Source: the human T2T-CHM13v2.0 reference genome, Homo sapiens
Assembly: GCF_009914755.1 (NCBI RefSeq)
Contig: NC_060939.1
Reading direction: 5' to 3' (one strand)
DNA length: 64,000 nucleotides
This document shows positions 33,459 to 55,585 of this stretch, piece after piece. The position numbers and the translations under genes were made by a program. Numbering within the stretch: position 1 is the first letter of the stretch; each line of letters opens with the position of its first letter. A model generated the notes under the pieces. That model searched no databases. It was given only the letters and a program-made list of their open reading frames with translations, and was not told where the DNA came from.

Positions 33459-33760
33459 AGGCCAGGCGTGGTGGCTCACACCTGTAATCCCAGCACTTTG
33501 GGAGCTGAGGTGGTGGATAACCTGAGGTTGGGAGTTTGAGACCAGCCTGGCCAACAGGGTGAAACCCCATCCCTACTAAAAATACAAAAATTAGCCAGGC
33601 ATGATGGCTTGTACCTATAGTCCCAGCCATTCAGGAGGCTGAGGCAGGAGAATTGCTTGAACCCAGGAGGCGGAGTTTGCAGTGACCGAGACTGCGCCAC
33701 TGCACTCTAGCCTGGGCTACAGAGTGAGGAAAAAAAAAAAGAAACAAACAACAAAAAAAA
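33459..33760 (+). mobile_element. AluS
   Basis: TSD GACATTAAC. Confidence 0.95.
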
Positions 33761-34471
33761 AGGACATTAACTTATAGAAGAAATTAGATGAGTTTTAGAT
33801 GAGTTGTTTTGTAGAATGTCCCACATTCTGAATTTGTCTGCTCTCTCATAGTATCATCCAACATATCCCTCTAAGACCTATTCCCAGTAAGTGGAAACTA
33901 GGTTAACTGAGTCTCAGAATATTGGTAGTTTCAATATTTTTGACAAAAATAGTTCAAAGTTGGTGCCATGTATTGTATTTTATATTGTATCATCTCAGGA
34001 AGTCTAGCATGTCTGTGTCATTATAAGTGATGCTAAGATTGATCAGAAGGTTCAAGTGGTAATGTCTGATCCTTTTATTGTAAAGTTCTCAATCTTTAAT
34101 TTAGTAGTTTTAGCCATTGATGAGGTTTGCCTGTTGTATCGACTATTTCATTATGTTGTAAAATAGAAAATTTATAATGTATTTTTCCTTTAATTTATTA
34201 ACTGGAGTTCTTTTATAAAGAACTTTCCCTCATTAAGTATTTGGTTACTCTGAAGTATACTTCACTCAGGAAAGGCAGGATTAATTCTCAATTATTTTTA
34301 ATTGCCAATTTTTCAAAGTAAGTATTGTACCCTAGGTTTTAATAGTGTCCAGTGTTTGCATGGGTGTGTATTTGCTTTTCCTTGTTTACTTTTACTTTTT
34401 GATTCTGTAACACTGTGAACTCATGGATTTTTATATATTCAGTATGTTTAAATCAAATGTAGTCAATATCC

Positions 34472-34775
34472 TTTTTGTTGTTGTTGTTGTTTTGAGACAA
34501 GGTCTCACTCTGTCTCCCAGGCTGCAGTGAAGTGGCATGATCATGGCTCACTATAGCCTCCGTTTCCTGGGCTCAAGTGATCCTTCCACCTCAGCCTCCC
34601 GAGTAGCTGGGACTACAGGCATGTGCCACACCTGGCTAACTTTTGTGTTTTTTTGTAGAGATGGAGTTTCACCATGTTGCCTAGGCCAGTTTCGTACTCC
34701 TGGGCTCAAGTGATCAGTCTGCCTCAGCCTCCCAGAGTGCTGGGATTATGGACGTGAGCCACTGTGCCCAGGCCC
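34472..34775 (-). mobile_element. AluJ
   Basis: Diverged reverse Alu. Confidence 0.9.
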
Positions 34776-34948
34776 AATATTCCTTTTGATGTTCACTTTT
34801 TTCCTATATTTGGCCAATAGAAGCTTCTCTATGTTTTTATTTTATTTTTCCCAAATAAGAAAGTTTAGTTATTTTTTTAATGAGTAACTGAGACAGTAAA
34901 CTGCCTGCTTTAAATGTCTGAAGAAGTCTTTATTTTGACTTCATTATT

Positions 34949-34991
<43 letters not shown>
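34949..34991. repeat. (GATA)10 tetranucleotide STR
   Basis: Perfect run. Confidence 0.97.
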
Positions 34992-35042
34992 GTTATAACC
35001 TTACCATTGTTTTTCTGCAGCACTTCAAATATATTAATCCAT

Positions 35043-35339
<297 letters not shown>

Positions 35340-35724
35340 GATATTAATCTGCTACCAATTCCCATACCTGTATAACCTCACCCACTATGGACATCCTACA
35401 CCACAGGAGTACATTTGTTACAATCAATGAACCTGCACTGACACATCATTTTCACTGTAAATCCTTAGTTTACATTAGGATTCATTCTTGGTGTTGTACC
35501 TTCCATGGGTTTTGATGAATATATAATGACAGGTATCCACAATTGTAGTATCATACAGAAGAGTTTCACTACCCTAAAAATCTTTTGTGCTCTGCCTATT
35601 ATCGTTCCCTCCCTGCAACTCCTGATCTTTTTACTGTCTCCAAAGTTTTACCTTTTTCAGAATATCACATAGTTGGAATTATACAGTATATATCCTGTTC
35701 AGACTGGCTTTTTTTTTCTTAGTA

Positions 35725-37008
35725 TTAAGTTGGTGCAAAAGTAATTGTGGTTTGGGACCGTGAATTTTGAATCATTATACCTAGGCTGAAACACATCTTT
35801 ATTAATCAAAATGGGAATTATTACAATCAATACATTTTTGCCAACGAGAAATAATTTTGTTTATTCCTGTAGTGTAAAATCCGTGCTTTGGGATTCAACA
35901 AACTCTTGGAAAGCATTTTCTGCATCCTGCTGGCTGTGGAAGCATTTTCCCCGCAAAAAGTTGTCCAGATGCTTGAAGAAGTGGTAGTCGGTTGGTGAGA
36001 GGTTAGGTGAATATGGAAGACTAGGCAAAACTTTGTAGCCCAATTCGTTCAACTTTTGAAGCATTGGTTGTGCAATGTACGGGGGGCATTGTCATGGAGA
36101 AGAGTTGAGTCCTTTCTGTTGTCCAATGCCAGCTGCAAGCATTGCAGTTTTCGGTGCATCTCATTGATTTGCTGAGCATAATTCTCAGATGTAATGGTTT
36201 CGCCGGGAATTTGAAAGCTGTAGTGGATTAGACCGGTAGCAGACCACCAAACAGTGACCATGACCTTTTTATGGTGCAAGTTTGGCTTAGGAGTTGCTTT
36301 GGGACTTTTTCTCAGCGCAGCCACTGAGCTGGTCGTCACTGGTCGTTGTATAAAATCTACTTTTCAATGCATGTCACAATCCGATCAAGAAATGGTTCAT
36401 TGTTGCATAGGATAAGAGAAGATGACACTTTAAAATGATTTTTTTGATTTTCGCTCAGCTCATGAGGCACCCACTTATCAAGCTTTTTCACCTTTCCAAT
36501 TTGCATCAAATGCCGAACAACCACAGAATGGTCGATGTTGAGTTCTTCGGCAACTTCTCTTGTAGGTGTAAGAGGATCAACTTTGATGATTGCTCTCCAT
36601 TGGTAGTTGTCAACTTCCAATGGCCAGTGACGACGCTCCTCATGTTCAAGGTTCTCCCTTGCAAAACTTCTTGAATCACCACTGCACTGTACTTTCGTTA
36701 GCAGTTCCTGGGCCAAATGCATTGTTGATGTTGAGAGTCTTCTTCCCTGCTATATGACCCATTTCGAACTCAAAAAAGAAAATTACTTGAATTTGCTTTT
36801 TGTCTAACATCATTTCCATACTTTAAAATAAACATAAAACAAGGAGCACATAATAAGTCATTAGCAAAAAACAAAAACAAAAACATAAAGCAAGAAATTC
36901 CCATTAAAATGATGTATAACATAACCACATTTATTTAAGAATGTATTCTAATATCAAACGGCAAATTCCAACAATGCAAAAACCGCAATTACTTTTGCAC
37001 TCACCTAA
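35725..37008 (-). mobile_element. Hsmar1 mariner transposon, full length (1284 bp)
   Basis: Both TIRs (TTAAGTTGGTGCAAAAGTAATTG; CAATTACTTTTGCACTCACCTAA) and TA TSD on both sides. Confidence 0.95.
35802..36819 (-). pseudogene. Disrupted Hsmar1 transposase
   Basis: Starts MEMMLDKKQI; WVPHEL, LLHDNA and YSPNLSPTDYHFF motifs fall in different frames; TCDEKW reads TCIEK then stop. Confidence 0.92.
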
Positions 37009-37699
37009 TAATATGCATTTAAGTTTCCTCCATGTCTTTTAGTGGCTTGATAGCTCACTTCTTAAAGTGCTGAAAAATTCATTGTTTGGAATTACAACAA
37101 TTTATCCATTACCTACTGAAGGACAGCTTGGTTGCTTCCAAGTTTTGGCAATTATGAATAAAGCTGTTATAAACATCCGCATACAAGTTTTTGTGTGAAC
37201 ATAAGCTTTCACTTCCTTTGGGTAAATACCATGGAGCATGATTGCTGAATTGTACAGTTAAGAGTACATTTAGTTTTCTAAGAAACTGCTGAATTCTTTT
37301 CCAAAGTGGCCATACCATTTTGCATTCCCACCAGCAATGAAGGAGAGTTCCTGTTGCTCCACATCCAGAGTTTGGTGTTGTGTTTTGGCCATTATAATAG
37401 GTGTGTAATGGTATATATTTGTTGTTTTAATTCATAATTTCCTAAGGATATATAATGTTGAATACCTTTTCATATGCTTCCTTGTCATCTGTGTATCTTC
37501 TTTGGTGAGGAATCTGTTTAAATCTTTTACTCCTTTTTAAATTGGGTTGTTTTCTTGTTGTTGAGCTTTAAAAGTTCTTTATATATGTGTCTTTTGCAAA
37601 TATTTTCTCCTGGTTTGTGGCTTCTCATTTTCTTGACACTGTTTTTCATGCAGCAGAAATTTTTTAATTTTAATAAAGTCGAGATTATCAAGATTATCA

Positions 37700-38027
<328 letters not shown>

Positions 38028-38408
38028 TCAATTGTTTCTTTCACGGATCATGACTTTGGCATTATATCTAGAAGGTAATCACCAGTCCCAAGTTTATCTA
38101 GAGTTTCTCCTATGTTCTTTTCTATGAGTTTTGTAGTTTTGCATTTTACGTTTGGGCCTATGATCCATTTTGAGTTAGTTTTTGAGAAGGATGTTAGATC
38201 TTTCTCTAGATTCTTTTTTTTTTTTTTTCTGTATGGATGTCCAGTTGTTCCAGCACCATTTGTTGAAAAGATTATTTTTGCACCATGGTATTGCCTTTGC
38301 TCCTTTGTCAAAGATCAGTTGACTATGTTTATATGGGTCTTTTTTGGGGCTCTCTTCTGTTCCATTCGTTTACTTGTCTATTCTTTTGCCAGTACTACAT
38401 TGTTTTAA

Positions 38409-38729
<321 letters not shown>

Positions 38730-39055
38730 AGAAGTCTTGAATTTGGGTAGTATTAGTCCTCTGACTTTGTTATCCTTCAATACTGAGTTGTCTGTACTGG
38801 GTCTTTTGCCTCTCTTTTTTAGAAAAAGTTTATTGATATATATCAATAAATTGATTAAAAATAACTTGCTGGGATTTTGACTGGGATTGCATTTAATCTA
38901 CAGATTATGTTAGGAAGAAGTGACTTCTTGATGATATTAAGTCTTCCTAGCCATGAACATGGAATATCCCACCATTTATTTTGTTCTTTGATATCTTTCA
39001 TTAGTTATATAGATTTCTTCATATAGATCTTGTACATAGTTTTTAGATTTATACC

Positions 39056-39427
39056 TACCTTAGTTTTGGCTGCTATAACAAAATACCACAGATTGGATGG
39101 CTTAAATGACAGAAATTTATTTCTCACAGTCCTGGGGGCTGGGAATTCCAATATCAAAGTGCCAGCAAATCCATTTTCTGGCGAGGGCACTCTTCCTGGT
39201 TTGTAGACGGCTGTCTTGCTGTTGCATTCTCACATGGTGGGAAGAAAGAAAGAGAGTGAGATCACACTTTCATGTCTTTTCTTATAAGGGTATTAATGCC
39301 ATTCATGAGGGTTCCACCCTCATGACCTAATTACCTCCCAAAGGTCCCTACCTCTTAATACAATCACACTGGAGGTTAGAATTTCAACATATGAATTTGC
39401 TGGGACACAACAATTCAGTCTATAGCA
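39056..39427 (-). mobile_element. MLT1A0-type MaLR LTR (3' LTR of the composite element)
   Basis: GGCTGCTATAACAAAATACCACAGA...CATTCATGAGGG...ATTCAGTCTATAGCA; same family as the solo LTRs at 51601 and 61734. Confidence 0.88.
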
Positions 39428-40159
39428 TTCTGCCACTGGACCCCCAAAACTCCTGCCCATCTCATATGCAAAATACATTCATTCCAACTCAACAGCCTCA
39501 AAAGTCTTAACTCATTGCAGCCTGAACTCTAAAGTTTAAAGCCCAAAGTCTCATCTAAATGAGATATGAATAAGAATAGAGGTAAGATTCATTGTGAGGC
39601 AAAATTCCTCTCCAGCTGTGAACTTGTGAAATCAAATTAGTTGCGTGTTTCCAAAATAAAATTGTGGGAAAGGGATAGGATAAATATTCCCATCCCAAAA
39701 AGGAGAAATAGGAAAGAAGAAAGGGATGATGGAGTCCCAAGAAAGTCCCAAACCTATCAAGGCAAAATTCGTAAGACGTTAAGGCTTGAAGAGCTTCTTT
39801 GGCTCAATGCTCTGCCTTCTGGGACCCACTGGGGTAGCAGTCCTGCCTGTGTGGCTCTGTCTGGTGGGGGCCACACACCCATGGCTCTGCCAGGCTGAAG
39901 TTATACCTCAGTGGCTCTGCTGAGTAGTGCTGTGCCTCTGCTGCTACAGGTGGCGCTGCACCGATGGCTCCATTGGGCACTGGTCCTGCTCTTTGAAACT
40001 GAGGCAGAGGCAGCCGCCCTGTTCCCCAAGTTAGGTCCTCTGTTCCTATGGTGGGAGTGGTGGCCTGATGATCTTCAAATCATTTTTGGGTTTTGGGTTC
40101 TTTCTTCTCTTGTTTTGAGGAATAGTGCATGTTCACAGCTCTATGATCCAGTCCTGTAG

Positions 40160-40542
<383 letters not shown>

Positions 40543-40857
40543 TCTGCTGCTATAATCTTATCTGTATTCCTGGCTTCTGTTGAGATACATGGCTGATTTG
40601 GTTCATAGTTCACACCCATGCTAATCTTTTTTATCAAATTGTTGGTCTGACATGCCCTTTGTGTTCTCTTTTGAACATACCTTCTTACTTTTAAAATAAT
40701 ATGAACAGGCTTAGAATTTTCCAAATCTTTATATTCTGATTCCTTTTTGCTTAATAATGCCATTTTCAATTTATTTCTTCCTCTTGCATTTTACTATAAG
40801 CAGTAAGGAGGCACCAAGCTGCTTCTTTAACACTTGCTTAGAAATCTCCTCAGCTAA

Positions 40858-41566
<709 letters not shown>

Positions 41567-41670
41567 TAAATGTCCAATTTCATTGCTCATACGTTATACC
41601 TTTTACCAAACACTAGAACATGAACAGTATTCAGCCAACTTCTTTGCTACTTTATGATGAGGATAGCCTC

Positions 41671-45604
<3,934 letters not shown>

Positions 45605-45930
45605 GATAGCCTCTTCTCCATTGTCCAATAACATGTTCCTCATTTCCATCTGAGATCTCATCAGAGTGGTCTTACTATCTATATATTTACCAACTTTCTG
45701 TATGTAATTACTTTTATATTCTCTAAGAAGATGGAAGCTTTCTATCCAGAAATCTTTTCTTTCTGAGCCTTTACCAGAATCATCTTCAAAAATTTCTTCA
45801 TGGCATCACTGGCTTTATCTAGCATGCACCTCAAAACTCTTCCAACTTCTACCCATCACCTAGTTCCAAAGATGCTTCCACATTTTAAGGCATTTGTTAC
45901 AGCAGCACCTCACTTCTTGGTACCAATTTC

Positions 45931-46701
<771 letters not shown>

Positions 46702-47991
46702 TCATATATTAACCTGTGTCCTACAATCTGGCTAATTGCAGGATACAATTAGCTTTTTAGTTTCAGGAGCTTTTTGGTTGAATCTTTTGGATTTTCTACA
46801 TAGATTATCACATCATCTGTAAACAAAGACTGTTTATTTCTTCCTTTACAACCTATATACTGGTTATTTTCTTTTAAAAATCTTATTGCAGTAGCTAGGA
46901 CTTCCAGATGTCAAAAAGCGGTGGTAAGATAAAATATCCTAGCCTTGTTCCTGATCTTAGTGGGAAAGCTTCGTTTCTCACCATTTGAGTACAATTTTAG
47001 CTGTAGGTTTTTTATAGTCCTTCTTTATAAAATTGAGGAAATTCCCCCTCTATTCATCATCTGCTGAGAGTTTTTATCATGAATGGGTGTTGGATTTTTT
47101 TAAATGCCTTTTCTGCATCCATTGATATGATCATGTGACTTTCTTTAGTCTATCAATATGGATTTCATTAATATAGTTTCATATATTGAACCTGCCTTGT
47201 ATACTTGGGATAAATTTCACTTAAGTTGTATTGTGTAATTCTTTTTATACATCATTGGATTCAATTTGTTAATATTTTTGGGGGGATTTTTGCAGCTACA
47301 TTCATGATATTGGTCTGATATGTCTTTTCTTGTTATGTCTTTTTCCGATTTTGGTGTTAGGGCAATGCTGGCCTCATAGAATGAGTTAGAAGGTATTCTC
47401 TGTGCTTCTATCTTTCGGAGAAGATTATAGAAAACTGATGTACTTTCTTCCTTAAATGTTTGGTAGAATGGTGAACACATCTGAGCCTGGTGTTTTCTGA
47501 TTTGCAAGGTTATTAATTATTGTCAATTTTTAAAATAGATATAGGTCTATTTCTTCTTGTGTAAGTTTTGGCAGATTGTTTCTTTGAAGGAATTGCTCCA
47601 TTACTTCTAGGCTATCATATATGTGGACATAGAGTTATTCACAGTATTCTTATATTATTCTCTTAATGTCCATGGGATCTGCAGTAATATCTACTCTTTC
47701 ATTTCTGGTATCAGTAATTTTTTTTCTTAGTTAGCAGGGCCAGAGGCTTATTGATTTTATTGATCTTTTCAAGGAACCAGGTTTTTGCTTTATTGATTTT
47801 CTCTGTTATTTCCTGTTTTCAATTTCATTGATTTCTCTGGGAGGTTTTTTGCTTGTTTTTGTTTTGGGTACAAAGGTTATCCTGAATCTCTGGTAGTTTC
47901 TTCAGATTTTTTTTTTTCTTAACATTTTTCAGTTTCACCATGGAGTGTGTAGAAGTATTTTTTATTGTTGTGTAAACAGTATAATGCTTGG

Positions 47992-48378
47992 ACAGTGGTG
48001 TGCTGGTAAACATGGGAGTGGGGGCTGATTTGTAGCAGTCTGCCAATTTCTGTGACATAAACATTCCCTCAATAACCTATTTCAAGCTACCAATGTAACA
48101 TCTTTAAGTAAGGATTTGAGAAGGGATGCAGAGTAGCATACCATTTCATTTTAGCCATGCAAACATGAGAGACATAAATAACTTCAAGAGCATTGATAAT
48201 AGTAAAATGTAGTAAAATAATTAGGAATTTACAAGCTTTAAATATTTATTACTTCTGTTTTTAATATAATTATTTAATCATAAGTTTATGCAATTTAATT
48301 TTAATAATGGTTAACACTTGGCTTGCACATTTTCTGAATATTTAATAAGCAGCTCTCATAAGCTGGCTCCAGCATATT
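47992..48378. mobile_element. MER63-family hAT-Blackjack element
   Basis: CAGTGGTGTGCTGG start and GCTGGCTCCAGCA end. Confidence 0.75.
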
Positions 48379-48553
48379 TCTTCAGTGTGAGGATTTATCT
48401 CTCTTTAATTCCTGAAAATTCTTGGCTATTATCTCTTCAAATATTATCTCACTCTCCCATTCTTTTTGCTTTCTCCTATTTTAATAAGCTCCTATTAAAT
48501 ACATGACAACTCTGCTCATTGTAGTTTTTTATTTTTCTTTTATATTTTCAATC

Positions 48554-48858
48554 TTTTTTTTTTTTTTTTTTTTTTTGAGACAAGGTCTCACTGTTGTCCA
48601 GGCTGGAGTGCAGTGGCACGATCATGGCTCACTGCAGCCTCGACTTCCGGGGCTCAAGTGACCTCAGCCTTCCACGTGGCTGGGACTACAGGTGTGTATC
48701 ACCACACCCAGCTAACTTTTTTTGTTTTTTGTTTTTTTGCAGAGATGGGGTTTTTGTCTTGTTTTCCAGGCTAGTCCAGAACTCCTGGGCTCAAGTGGTC
48801 TGCCCCCTTCCACCTCCCAAAGTGCTGAGATTACAGGTGTGAGCCACCACACCTGGCC
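48554..48858 (-). mobile_element. AluJ
   Basis: Diverged reverse Alu. Confidence 0.9.
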
Positions 48859-48879
48859 TCTATTCTTGTTTTTATTTTA

Positions 48880-49191
<312 letters not shown>

Positions 49192-49319
49192 TTATTTACT
49201 TTTTTTATTTTTAAAATTTTTATTATTTTTTATGGGTTTGAATCTACTCTTTTTAAAGTCGCTTTCTGTTTATTTTTAAAATTTCTAGTTCTTAAATTTC
49301 AAATTCCCCCATTGCCTGT

Positions 49320-49810
49320 TTATGATTATTTCATCAGATTCCTAACAGGAAATAGATGATATACTAAAATTTGTATAATTCCAAGGTGGTTTATTTACAA
49401 AGGGACCATTTACAGAGCTGTGAGCAGGATGTAGTGTGGCCACAAAGGATAGTGCAATAACCTGGAAATGGTTGCAGTGGAGCCATTACTACTCCTTGGC
49501 CTGAAGAGATGAGGATAGGGAGAAGTGTCTAGAATTTGAAAGAAACTCATGAAGGAAAGATCACCTTGAGAGGTGCAATGACCTTCTGTTGAGAGACACA
49601 GCCAACAGCTGAGAGAGAGTCAACTGGGGAATAAAACTGATCCCACTTTCCAATATTCTGCTAGGGTTTCCCATTGGCTGAATCTAACAAGAGGCCAGAA
49701 GACATGAGAACTCACTGATGTAGTCCATGTAGGTCTGCCTCCAGCAATAGAAGACAGATGTAGCATAGTGGAGAGTGGGTCTACAGGAGCAAATGGAAGA
49801 CATGCGATGT
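49320..49810 (-). mobile_element. Old ERVL LTR (LTR33-family-like)
   Basis: CCCATTGGCTGAATCTAAC...GGCCAGAAG...GTGGAGAGTGGGTCT...GCAAATGGAAGA. Confidence 0.6.
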
Positions 49811-50259
49811 ACTTTTTCTCCATCCTAGCGAGGTGTTTCTCCATGTGATTTGTAAGTTTTGGCTGTGAGTTCATCTTTAGCTGGTTGTTTTATATGGGAG
49901 TCCCTTGTGCCCTGGGTTGAGAGGGGTCTCAGTTAGGAAGTTTTATGTTTCCCTGTCTCTGGCCCTACAAGAAACACTGTATTTGGATCTCTTTTCATGT
50001 GCGTTTTTCTACTTAGAGTCCCTACACCGTGAATTCAGATCTTTTGTCCATGAGTGACACAGGTCTGTGTTTCTGATTTTTTTGGATTCATTTGATTCAT
50101 GGCCCTAGGCTTTCAGCAGGATTCCTTGCTACTTCCCTTGCTAAGGACCACAGTTTACTTCCTGGTTTACTTCAAGAGCACCCTTTGTGGCTCCTGGCAT
50201 TATATACGGACTTTGGTTCCAGCTCCTTATCTTTTACAAAAATTATGGTTTCATTAAAA

Positions 50260-51090
<831 letters not shown>

Positions 51091-51514
51091 GTTCTCTGTC
51101 TTTTGTGGACTTAAAATTTAGTATCCTTTCTGCATATATGCATTTAAACTTTCTCATTCAGCACCAAAGGCCTACTTCCAATTTCAAAACCCGTCTGAGT
51201 GACGTAGCTTCTGCCCCCGTTTATCAGGAATGCTGGTTACAGGTAAGCAGGTTATATCCTACATAAAGAAACCTGGGCAAGGTGGTGCATGGGGGTAATA
51301 TCAAGCTTGAACTGCAAATTGAACTCACCAATTCCTGAAACCATGAGAGTGAATTTGTTCAGGGAGTAGGTCTATTTTTGATTCATGCAAAGGCACGGTT
51401 TGGCTGCCTTGCCACTCATTCACTTACATCTTTTTATGGCTTTTAGTTTCTGCTTCACTTTTGGCATCTAGAGATTTACCTTTCTTGTTTTTGAATTCAT
51501 CCATGTATTTAATT

Positions 51515-51575
51515 TTTTGTTGTTATATTTTCTATTTTGTTGTTATATTTTTCTATTTTGTTGTTATATTTTCTA
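51515..51575. repeat. Three copies of a ~20-bp unit TTTTGTTGTTATATTTTCTA
   Basis: Direct reading. Confidence 0.9.
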
Positions 51576-51600
51576 TTGTTTGTATATGTTTGGAATAGGG

Positions 51601-51986
51601 GTGTCTTAGTTTGGGCTACCGTAACAAATATACCATAGACTAGGTGGCTTAAAAAACAAATGTTTATTTCTCACAGTTCTGGAGGCTGGGAAGTCCAAAA
51701 TCAAGGTGCCAGTGTCTGATGAGGGTCTGCTTCTTGGTTTGCAGATTGCTATCTTCTCATTTTATCCTCACATGGCGGAAAACAAAGAGAGACAAAGGAA
51801 GCAAGCTCTATAGAGTTTCTTCTTATAAGGTACTAATTGCATTAATGAGGGCTCCCCCCTCACGACCTAATTATCTCCCAGAGGCCTCTCTGGGAGGGGG
51901 ATTAGATACCATTACATTGGGGATTAGGCTTCAACATATAAATCTGAGGTATGGGGCGGGGGACACACAAAGATTAACTTCATAGC
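51601..51986 (-). mobile_element. MLT1A-type MaLR solo LTR
   Basis: TGTCTTAGTTTGGGCT...GGTGGCTTAAA...CATAGCA. Confidence 0.85.
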
Positions 51987-52010
51987 AAAGAGAAAAAGTC
52001 TTTTCATTGA

Positions 52011-52868
<858 letters not shown>

Positions 52869-53144
52869 TTAGATGAGGGATAGATACAATAAGAGAAACA
52901 GGAACTTTAAATTACAAACCTATTAAATCAAGAGCAAAAAGACAAGAGTCAAGTAATGAAGCATGGATATAATGTTAGGAGTACATTTACACTATGGGCA
53001 GCTACTAAAAGTGAGAATAAAACCTAGCTACTTATTTTTTTAAAATCTCATCAAAATCTGGTTTTCTTGGTTACAGTTTTAACCAAAGAATTTTCACAAT
53101 TTTTGTAGGTAAACAATTTAATAATATGTGGGATTTTTCCCCCC

Positions 53145-53262
53145 ATTTTTTAGGGGTCTAGCTATATTGCTCAGGCTGGATTTGAACTCCTGGGCTCAAG
53201 TGATCCTCCCACCTCATCCTCCCAAGTAGCTGGGGCTACAGACATGCACCACCATGCCCAGC
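53145..53262 (-). mobile_element. Free Alu monomer
   Basis: Single diverged arm. Confidence 0.8.
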
Positions 53263-53488
53263 AACCTCACTGCCTATTTGGAAAACCAAGACAAAAAGAG
53301 AAATATGATGGACTGTTTTTAGGGTATTGTATTTTGTAATTGATAAGTGCATAAAACGTATTTGGAATTTTCCCACACAAGCAGATAGATAAACCCCTTT
53401 TGCCCTATAACATAAAAGGCACTGTGTACCAGTTTTTCCAAAGTTGAGTGTTTATAAGTGCACGACTGGCTCTCCTACATTTGCTTTC

Positions 53489-53792
<304 letters not shown>

Positions 53793-55155
53793 TGCTTTCT
53801 TGTTTTAAAACAAGAACAGTCCTGATGTAGACAAAGAATCTATCCCTGACTTCTGTTTTAACACTCAGCAAGTAGTTATGAAAGATGTTTTCTTGCTCAG
53901 TCTCATTGGTTGTGTTCAAAGTGGAAGTTGAAGAGTTTTTCCCTCAGGGCAAAAGGTTTTCATTCTCTCTGCGTGCTTTCCCTTACACAATGACTTCAGA
54001 GACTGGCAACATAAATGTTGCTTAACTTGTTCAGATGAACATGAAGGTAGAGGCTACCGCCTTAGGATTCTGAACCTGCAAGTGAGGTCAGACCTCAGAA
54101 GTCATCAAGTCCTAGTTTTGAGGCCCATGGGATGGCCTGGAATTTTTGTTTGTTTTTTCTTTCTGTTGGCCATTGAGCACAAGCAGAGAACTGACGGCTG
54201 TGAAAGCTGCCTAGAGGCCTGACAGCAAGGGTTTTACCTAAACTATTTGGTAGAGAAAGTCCAGTCTTCCCCAGCTAACAGAAGAGGGCCTCTCTTCACT
54301 AGCACCTTGCCTAACCTTTAGATAAGTCACCTACATTCAATTTTGCATAAAGTGGTTGATTTCAGAGCAGCCAAAGCAGAAGTGAAATCAACTTGGTGTA
54401 TCTCAAGACAACACTACATGGAAAGACCTTTCCTGGTGCTCACAGTGGGGTAACAGAGATTAGGTTCGCCTGAGATGAGATGGATGTGATATGAAAGAGA
54501 AGGAACACTCAAGAAAAAAGAAAGGGATGAGTCATGGAATACTTTTGGAATATGAAAACAGAAATAGTTTACCTCCTCTATGGTTTTATCTGAGGAGCTT
54601 GAAGATGTAGAATATTTAGCTCCCAACTTTAGCTCACTATCCTGGTTTCTACCCCAATGCTAGATTCTGAAACAGTCTTGTGAGAGTAAAAGTCCAGGAT
54701 GTAATATGGTCTGCTCTGCCCTTATCCAGGCTCAAAGAAAGACATCTTATATGTGTGTGTCAGAAGATTGAGGATTGGTTGGTAATCTTTACACAGGAGC
54801 CTAGGTCTGCAAGTGGGCTTATGTGGCTCTCTTTAATTACAAAGTAGACTAGGTATTAGCAATTACCCTACTCAAGAAATTCCACTAAAGAGTCTCGTCC
54901 TTAACAGGATTGCTGTTCCGTGTAGGCCACTCTTCCTTCTGTGAATCCCAGCCCAAGTCTTGGTGGTGATTCCTCCTCCAGCCCCTTCATCCTTTCAATT
55001 TCCACACCTGGTATCTACCAAAAACACACTTCTGAGCTTTTGCAGAGTGCCCCTTTATTTCACGGAGGCGGGAAGCTTGTAGATGGGAATGTGTGTTGCT
55101 CTAAATTAATTTCCTACACATGTTCCCTCATGTGCACAGAGCATTTGCATTTTAA

Positions 55156-55585
<430 letters not shown>

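Noticed and set aside
32726-33554. Long Y/I/T/H-rich ORFs and a CRISPR-like regular array
   Set aside because: These are translations of a (TA)/(CA) minisatellite; the units are head-to-tail with no unique spacers.
35802-36819. SETMAR gene or an active transposase
   Set aside because: No SET-domain exons nearby; the ORF is broken and the element has TIRs and TA TSDs, so it is a dead Hsmar1 copy.
51875-51896. Hairpin CTCCCAGAG-gcct-CTCTGGGAG
   Set aside because: Short inverted repeat inside an MLT1A LTR; probably a local template switch, with no evidence for an RNA gene or terminator.
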